In this document: positions 58,370 through 64,000 of the stretch, piece after piece
How positions within the stretch are numbered: position 1 is the stretch's first letter
How the letters are laid out: each line of letters starts with the position of its first letter
DNA from: Lawsonibacter sp.
GTDB taxonomy: Bacteria > Bacillota > Clostridia > Oscillospirales > Oscillospiraceae
Reading direction: 5' to 3'
Assembly (NCBI GenBank): GCA_045579605.1
Contig: JAZNMM010000126.1
Span: forward strand, 936-64,935
DNA length: 64,000 nucleotides
The notes under the pieces: generated by a model
Told to the model about the DNA's origin: nothing
The model's input: only the letters and a program-made list of their open reading frames with translations
Databases searched by the model: none
Position numbers and translations under genes: made by a program

Positions 58370-59248
58370 ATGGATTTGTTGCGTGTGTACGAGAAGTACC
58401 TGAAAACTGAAAAAAATGCTTCAGCCAATACGGTCAGCTCCTACATGCGCGATGTGCAGCAGTTTGCCGGCGCCATGGAGCGAAACGAGATTCCGCTGAC
58501 CGAAGTCCTGCCTGGTGATGTGGAGCGCTATGCCCAAGTCCTGACCCGCAGCGGAAAATCTGCCGCCACGGTTACCCGGGCTATGGCATCCATCAAATCG
58601 TTTTATGCCTGTTTACAGAAAACCGGCTATGCCGGGAGCAACCCTGCCCATGGTGTGACCACCGCGAAGGTAGAGCGAAAGCTGCCGGAGATACTGACGA
58701 GCAAGGAAGTGGAGCTGTTTTTGGAGCAACCCAGCTGCACCGACCCCAAGGGCTACCGTGACCGCGCGATGCTGGAACTGCTCTATGCCACCGGCATCCG
58801 AGTCAGCGAGCTGATCAGCCTCCAGGTGTCCGACCTGAATCTGGACGGTGGCTTTCTGCGCTGTCCCGGCAGGGGAAAGGATCGCATCATCCCCCTGTAT
58901 CCTGCCGCCATCCGCGCATTGAATGATTACCTGCATAAAGTCAGACCCCAGCTGGTACTTGACCCCACACAGGGCGTTCTGTTTGTGAACATGAGCGGAG
59001 AAAGTATGTCCCGCCAGGGTTTCTGGAAGATCGTCAAATATTATCAGGAAAAGGCCGGGATCAGCAAGGAAATCACGCCCCATACCCTGCGTCATTCCTT
59101 TGCCGCACACCTGCTGGAAAACGGAGCCGACCTGCATTCCATTCAGGAGATGCTGGGTCATGCAGATATCTCGTCTACACAGATCTATTCTCAACTGGTC
59201 AACCAGAAAATCAAAAGCGTATACAACAAGGCGCATCCAAGAGCATAA
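58370..59248 (+). CDS. xerD: Chromosomal tyrosine recombinase XerD
   Basis: S.NT.SSY.RD, RD.AMLELLYATGIRVSEL, GK.R, TPHTLRHSFA.HLLENGADL, LGHADIS.TQIY. Confidence 0.95.
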   Translation: MDLLRVYEKYLKTEKNASANTVSSYMRDVQQFAGAMERNEIPLTEVLPGDVERYAQVLTRSGKSAATVTRAMASIKSFYACLQKTGYAGSNPAHGVTTAKVERKLPEILTSKEVELFLEQPSCTDPKGYRDRAMLELLYATGIRVSELISLQVSDLNLDGGFLRCPGRGKDRIIPLYPAAIRALNDYLHKVRPQLVLDPTQGVLFVNMSGESMSRQGFWKIVKYYQEKAGISKEITPHTLRHSFAAHLLENGADLHSIQEMLGHADISSTQIYSQLVNQKIKSVYNKAHPRA

Positions 59249-59284
59249 AAAAGCAGAGTTGATGAAATCATCAACTCTGCTTTT
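59247..59284. terminator. Bidirectional terminator xerD/ridA
   Basis: AAAAGCAGAGTTGATGA/TCATCAACTCTGCTTTT. Confidence 0.9.
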
Positions 59285-59294
59285 AATTTTGCGC

Positions 59295-59672
59295 TTAGCA
59301 GGCAGCGATCACTTCGATCTCAATGCGCGCCCCAGCGGGCAGGGCGGCCACCTGAATGCAGGAACGTGCGGGCGGTTCGGTGGGGAACCGGGTGGCGTAG
59401 ATCCCGTTTACAGTGGCGAAGTCAGCCAGGTCGGTGAGGAAAATGGTGGTCTTGACCACGTTAGCAAAGGTGAGACCGGCGGCGGCGAGCACGTTTTCCA
59501 CATTGATCAGCGCCTGCTCGGCCTGTGCTTCAATGCTCTGACCGGCCAGCGCTCCAGTGGTGGGATCCATACCCAGCTGACCGGAAGCAAATACAAGAGC
59601 ACCGGTAGAAACTGCGTGAGAATAAGGGCCCAGCGCGGCGGGGGCGTTGGGTGCGGTGATGATCTTCTTCAT
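59295..59672 (-). CDS. ridA: RidA family enamine/imine deaminase
   Basis: AP.ALGPYS.AV, SGQ, VVKTT.FL, PARS, LP.GA.IEIE; promoter TTGCAC-N17-TATAAT. Confidence 0.95.
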   Translation of the reverse strand: MKKIITAPNAPAALGPYSHAVSTGALVFASGQLGMDPTTGALAGQSIEAQAEQALINVENVLAAAGLTFANVVKTTIFLTDLADFATVNGIYATRFPTEPPARSCIQVAALPAGARIEIEVIAAC

Positions 59673-59832
59673 AGGGCTGCACTCCTTATCGGCATAAATT
59701 CTGCTACCATTATACTGGGATAGAAGCCCTCGTGCAAGAGGCCAGGGCAAATTTCAATTTACAATTTAATGTTGAAAAAGGGAAGAGGATGGGGTATAAT
59801 AACTGGGCAATCTTGATTTGGAGGCTTTCATC

Positions 59833-60036
59833 ATGACCATTACCAAAGATACCATTATCGGCGATATCCTGACCATCGCCCCTCAGACCGCGCCCTTGTT
59901 CCTGTCCATCGGCATGCATTGTCTGGGCTGCCCCGCTTCCCGCGGTGAGACGGTGGAGCAGGCGTGCGCTGTTCACGGCGTGGACTGCGACGCCCTGCTG
60001 GCCAAGGTCAATGAGCTGATCGCTGCCGGAAATTAA
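59833..60036 (+). CDS. DUF1858 domain protein
   Basis: ITKD..IG, GMHCLGCP.S.GET.EQAC.VHG.D; promoter TTGAAA-N17-TATAAT; terminator 60050-60085. Confidence 0.9.
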   Translation: MTITKDTIIGDILTIAPQTAPLFLSIGMHCLGCPASRGETVEQACAVHGVDCDALLAKVNELIAAGN

Positions 60037-60099
60037 TGGCACACACAGGACAGAGGCGGCATTCGCTGCCTCTGTTTCTTTCTTTCGAGAGGAACACCT

Positions 60100-60813
60100 A
60101 TGAAACAACTGGAATTAACCCCCCGCCTGTTTGCCGCGGCACAGCTTGTTCCACACGGCGCCGCGGTAGCTGATATCGGCACAGATCATGCCTACCTGCC
60201 CGTCTGGCTGTTAAAGCAGGGGAAAGTGCGCTTTGCCATCGCCGCCGACCTGCGCAAAGGTCCGCTGGACCGGGCGCGCCTGACCGCAAGGGAGTACGAT
60301 TGCCGGGAGAACATCGACTTTCGTCTGTGTGACGGACTGGCAGCCATCCGCCCGGAGGAGGTGGACTGCATTGTCATCGCCGGCATGGGCGGCGAGACGA
60401 TCGCTGCGATCCTCCAGGCCGCACCATGGACAAAAAATCCCCGATACACATTTGTCCTCCAACCAATGAGTACTCAGAGTGATCTGCGCCGCTGGCTCTG
60501 GCAGCAGGGCTACAGCATCCGGGAGGAGCAGCTGATTTCCGAAGGAGACAAGCTGTACAATGTAATGCTCATCCGTTTTGGCGGTGCAGTACCCATGACC
60601 GCAGCAGAGGAGTGGGCCGGCCGGCAATCACCCGGCATGGACCAGCCCCTGCGCGCAGCATACCTGTCCCGGCTGCTGGAGAAGACCCAACGAGCCATGG
60701 ATGGTATTTCCCGGGGAAAGGACACAGGCCACCGGACCCGGCTTGAGGAGCTGGAGCAGCTTCACGCTCAGTTGACACAGATGAAACAGGAGTGGGAACA
60801 ATGGCACAGGTAA
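60100..60813 (+). CDS. trmK: tRNA (adenine22-N1)-methyltransferase
   Basis: L.PRL, ADIGTDHAYLP, GPL..A, DGL, IAGMGG, LQP. Confidence 0.94.
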   Translation: MKQLELTPRLFAAAQLVPHGAAVADIGTDHAYLPVWLLKQGKVRFAIAADLRKGPLDRARLTAREYDCRENIDFRLCDGLAAIRPEEVDCIVIAGMGGETIAAILQAAPWTKNPRYTFVLQPMSTQSDLRRWLWQQGYSIREEQLISEGDKLYNVMLIRFGGAVPMTAAEEWAGRQSPGMDQPLRAAYLSRLLEKTQRAMDGISRGKDTGHRTRLEELEQLHAQLTQMKQEWEQWHR

Positions 60814-61601
60814 AGGACATCTATCAATACATCGATTCCATGGCGCCCTTTTCCACCCAGCTGGACTTTGACAACGCGGGCCTGTTGGTGGGCCGCGGGG
60901 ACGCGACCGTGGACAAGGTGCTGGTGGCGCTGGATATTACGGCACAGGTCATTGAGGAGGCTGTGGACATGGGCGCCCAGCTCATCCTCTCTCACCACCC
61001 GGTGATTTTCCACCCCCTTAAGTCAGTCACCGACGGCGACACCGCCGGGGAGAAGGTACTGCTGCTGGCCGAACATCACATCGCCGCCATCTGCGCCCAT
61101 ACCAATCTGGACGCGGCCCAGAACGGCGTCAACGATCTGCTGGCCCGTCGACTGGCACTGACCGGGATCGGGCAGCTCCATCAGGACGGCGTGGACGATC
61201 AGGGCAGACCCTACGGCATCGGCCGGGTGGGGGTTCTGGATACCAATGAACCTATGGATGCGGCAGCCTTCGCCACCTTGGTGAAGGCTCAGCTCAACGC
61301 CGCCAGCGTGCGCTATGCAGACGCAGGCAAGGATGTGCGCCGCGTGGCAGTAGGGGGCGGCTCCTGCGGCAGTATGCTGACAGACGCGCTGGCCGCCGGC
61401 TGTGACACCTTTGTCACCGCTGACGTGAAGTACGATGTATTTCTGGAAGCCAGAGCACTGGGTATCAACCTGCTGGACGCCGGCCACTTTGCCACAGAGA
61501 ATGTGGTGGTGGAACCGCTGGCACAGAGCCTGCAGCAGGCTTTCCCCGGGCTCAAGGTGGCTGTTTCTCAGGTACATAGGGAAGTTTTTGCCGGTATCTG
61601 A
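60801..61601 (+). CDS. Nif3-like dinuclear metal centre protein
   Basis: DNAGLLVG, HHP, HTNLD, G.GR.G, GGS, DAGHFATE. Confidence 0.95.
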   Translation: MAQVKDIYQYIDSMAPFSTQLDFDNAGLLVGRGDATVDKVLVALDITAQVIEEAVDMGAQLILSHHPVIFHPLKSVTDGDTAGEKVLLLAEHHIAAICAHTNLDAAQNGVNDLLARRLALTGIGQLHQDGVDDQGRPYGIGRVGVLDTNEPMDAAAFATLVKAQLNAASVRYADAGKDVRRVAVGGGSCGSMLTDALAAGCDTFVTADVKYDVFLEARALGINLLDAGHFATENVVVEPLAQSLQQAFPGLKVAVSQVHREVFAGI

Positions 61602-61681
61602 GCGCTTAATGGTTGCAATAGCCTACTCGATATGTTATAATACCACCGCTTTTAAGTTGAAATAAGAAGGGAACGATACCA

Positions 61682-62407
61682 ATGTCCGGACATTCCAAGT
61701 GGCATAATATTCAGAAAACCAAGGGCGCGGCCGATGCCAAGCGCTCTCAGATCTTCACCAAAATCGCCCGCGAGATGATCGTGGCGGTCAAGACCGGCGG
61801 CAGCGGCGACCCCGCTAACAACTCCCGCCTGGCCACCGTGATCGCCAAGGCCAAAGCGGCCAACATGCCCAACGACAACATCAAGCGCACCATCGACAAG
61901 GCTCTGGGCGCCGGAAATACCGACAGCTTTGAGAGCGTGGTGTACGAGGGTTACGGCCCCAACGGCGTTGCAGTTATCGTGGAGGCACTGACCGACAACC
62001 GCAACCGCACTGCCCCCGAAGTGCGCCACCTGCTGGACAAGTACGGCAAGGGGCTGGGCGCCACCGGCTGCGTCTCCTGGTCCTTTGACCGCAAGGGTGT
62101 CATCGTCATCGAGAGCGAGGATCTGGACGAGGATACCGTCATGATGGACGCCCTGGAGGCCGGTGCCGACGATATGCAGGCCGACGAGGACGTGTTCGAG
62201 GTCTATACCGACCCCGACGCCTTTAACGACGTGGTGGCCGCGCTGGAGGGCAAGGGCTATGCCTTTCTGGAGGCCGGCGTACAGATGGTGCCCCAAAACT
62301 ACGTCACCCTCACCGATGAGGCCGACATCAAGAACATGGAAAAGCTCATCGACTTCCTGGAGGAAAACGATGACGTGCAGAACGTTTACCACAACTGGGA
62401 GCAGTAA
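61682..62407 (+). CDS. yebC: YebC/PmpR family protein
   Basis: MSGHSKW.NI, YEGYGP.G, TDN.NRT, DDVQNVYHN; promoter TTGCAA-N17-TATAAT at 61613-61641. Confidence 0.97.
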   Translation: MSGHSKWHNIQKTKGAADAKRSQIFTKIAREMIVAVKTGGSGDPANNSRLATVIAKAKAANMPNDNIKRTIDKALGAGNTDSFESVVYEGYGPNGVAVIVEALTDNRNRTAPEVRHLLDKYGKGLGATGCVSWSFDRKGVIVIESEDLDEDTVMMDALEAGADDMQADEDVFEVYTDPDAFNDVVAALEGKGYAFLEAGVQMVPQNYVTLTDEADIKNMEKLIDFLEENDDVQNVYHNWEQ

Positions 62408-62419
62408 TTCCGAATATTT

Positions 62420-62450
62420 GACCGGAGGCATTTGCCTCCGGTCTTTTCTT
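62420..62450 (+). terminator. Terminator after yebC
   Basis: GACCGGAGGCA/TGCCTCCGGTC + TTTT. Confidence 0.85.
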
Positions 62451-62503
62451 GAATACAGAACCGTTCCATGATACAATATGGGCAGGAAGGGGAGTGGTAT
62501 TGG

Positions 62504-62923
62504 GTGAAAAAACCGACGCAACATCAAATTGGAGAATTTCTCCTGTTTGCGTTTCCCGCCTACCTACCATTGGTATTGTCGGTTGTTGCCATATTCATCT
62601 GGAAAACGCCTTTAAATGAGCCCTTTTTGGTTTTATTGCTGCTGTTCAATGCAGTCGTTGTCCTTTCGGCAGTTTTTCTGGTAAAGAAGCGTTGGTGGAT
62701 CAGTTTGCCCTTGATCGCGCTTGGGATATACATCGCCATGCAGAACGATCAACATATTCCGTTGCAGCCGTTTGGGTGTTATCTGATTTTGCATTATGTG
62801 GTGTGGGGACTCTATGCTTATAAAACCAAGGGAAATCCGAGTGAACTGGAAAAGAATATATTCTTTTATTGCGGAGTCATCACAGCCTTTTTATTTATTA
62901 TATTATTCCGCTTCTTTTCATAA
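62504..62923 (+). CDS. Hypothetical AT-rich multi-TM membrane protein (GTG start)
   Basis: Own promoter TTGAAT-N17-TACAAT (62449-62477), SD GGAG, about five hydrophobic segments, terminator 62946-62980. Confidence 0.65.
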   Translation: MKKPTQHQIGEFLLFAFPAYLPLVLSVVAIFIWKTPLNEPFLVLLLLFNAVVVLSAVFLVKKRWWISLPLIALGIYIAMQNDQHIPLQPFGCYLILHYVVWGLYAYKTKGNPSELEKNIFFYCGVITAFLFIILFRFFS

Positions 62924-62986
62924 GGGGTACACCCGATAATGAACTTACGCCCCTCTGCCTGTGCAGAGGGGCGTAGCTTTATTCAT

Positions 62987-63016
62987 AAAAAGGACCGCGG
63001 CAGTTCCGCCGCGGTC
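62987..63016 (-). terminator. Terminator of rnpB
   Basis: GACCGCGGC/GCCGCGGTC followed by T tract on the minus strand. Confidence 0.75.
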
Positions 63017-63021
63017 ATGGT

Positions 63022-63370
63022 GCAAGTAAGCCTGTAAGCCGGGTTCTGTCATTCAAGACAGCCATCTATCTCGACGCACCGTCACCGGTACGCTCAAGCC
63101 GCCTCCCCGGGACGGTCGGGCCGACCTTATGTCCCTCCACGGCGTTGCTCCGGATAGAGTTTACAGCAATGGACGCTTTCACACGCCATTGGGTGAGCTC
63201 TTACCTCGCCTTTCCACCCTTTCCGGTCAAGGACCGGTGGTATATCTCTGTTGCACTTTTCCTGGGGTCGCCCCCGGCGGGTGTTACCCGTTATCCTTGC
63301 CCTATGGAGCCCGGACTTTCCTCACAGGCGGGCCTTTCGCCCCGCCCGCGCGGCTGTCCAGCTTGCTTGC
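63022..63370 (-). ncRNA. rnpB: RNase P RNA (type A)
   Basis: Minus strand has GAGGAAAGTCC and ACAGAACCCGGCTTA; ends pair as P1; promoter TTGACA-N17-TATCAT at 63377-63405. Confidence 0.97.
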
Positions 63371-63520
63371 CCGTTTATGATAACGAAAAAAGTGCCCGCT
63401 GTCAAATGGTTTTTCTTTCCGTTTCAGCGTGCTCGTGTGCCTGCCCCTTGACTTTCTTCGTGTAATATGGTACTTTTATAGCCGTTGTGCATGGAATATG
63501 AAACGGGAGAATGTGAACCA

Positions 63521-64000
63521 ATGAATGAGAAAAAGAATCTGATTGCTTTGCTGCCCATCGGCGTATTTTTACTGCTGTATCTGGGCTTTGGCATTTTGTT
63601 TGAATACGTACTCAAGACCGAAGGCGGCTTTTACAGCGTACAAGCCATCGTGGTGTTTCTGATCGCGCTTCTGGTGGCTGTGGTGCAGGACCGAAAGCAC
63701 AGCTTCAACGAGAAGATATCCATCATGGCCAAAGGCGTGGCAGATGAAAACATCATTATGATGTGTCTAATCTTCCTGGTGGCCGGCGCGTTCTCCGGTG
63801 CCATCGGTGCGGCCGGTGGAGCAGAGAGCACCGTCAATCTGTTTCTGACCTTCCTGCCCAGCAAAATTGCCGTAGGCGGCCTGTTTCTGATCGCCTGCTT
63901 TATCTCACTGTCCATGGGCTCCTCCTGCGCCACCATCGCGGCGCTGGCTTCCTTCGCCGTGGGTGTAAGCGAAGCAACGGGATTTTCCATCGCCCTGTGT
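63521..64000 (+). CDS. NhaC-family (Na+/H+ antiporter / MetT-like) transporter, 5' part
   Basis: MNEKKNLIALLP..FL, M..IFL.AGAFS, GG.ESTVN, FISLSMGS; runs off window; promoter TTGACT-N17-TACTTT. Confidence 0.85.
   Translation, partial: MNEKKNLIALLPIGVFLLLYLGFGILFEYVLKTEGGFYSVQAIVVFLIALLVAVVQDRKHSFNEKISIMAKGVADENIIMMCLIFLVAGAFSGAIGAAGGAESTVNLFLTFLPSKIAVGGLFLIACFISLSMGSSCATIAALASFAVGVSEATGFSIALC

Noticed and set aside
58370-59248. Tyrosine recombinase as a sign of a prophage or ICE
   Set aside because: Housekeeping XerD in its usual spoIIM context, with no att repeats or cargo
63129-63465. ORFs 63129-63380, 63145-63465, 63251-63451
   Set aside because: They overlap the RNase P RNA gene on the opposite strand
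63470-63520. SAM or lysine riboswitch before the NhaC-family gene
   Set aside because: Predicted leader is only ~45 nt with no aptamer motifs

Overview
A GC-rich core-chromosome segment from an endospore-forming Clostridia bacterium; gene content and order suggest Oscillospiraceae (inference). It holds about 60 CDSs, nearly all housekeeping or sporulation genes. In order: yhfW-like oxidoreductase, sigG, ylmC, rplS, rbgA-rnhB-yraN-dipeptidase-thrC, tig-clpP-clpX-lon-engB, scpAB-ytfIJ-dac-rluB, cmk-plsC-ispH/rpsA, carD-ispD-ispF, DUF3343-desulfurase, cdaA-cdaR-rseC-DUF5685-J-domain-yicC-remA-gmk-rpoZ, priA-def-fmt-rsmB-rlmN-prpC-prkC-rsgA, spoVM-sipL-spoIVA, asd-dapA-dapB, spoIID-like-queA-tgt-yajC, spoIIM-xerD, ridA, trmK-nif3-yebC, RNase P RNA and a partial NhaC-family transporter. 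I found no prophage, IS, CRISPR array, tRNA or rRNA. Points the ORF track misses: (1) an uncharacterised DUF5685 + Cys-tailed J-domain module with isoprenoid-synthase-like Asp motifs, an apparent ATC start codon and a possible C-terminal UGA/SECIS; (2) a promoter and ribosome-binding site inside the ispH-rpsA fusion that could yield free S1; (3) a 22-aa spoVM clustered with sipL and spoIVA; (4) face-to-face overlapping promoters at asd/spoIID-like; (5) a candidate ~50-nt sRNA before spoIIM. Family assignments come from motif recognition and recalled gene order, not from database searches.
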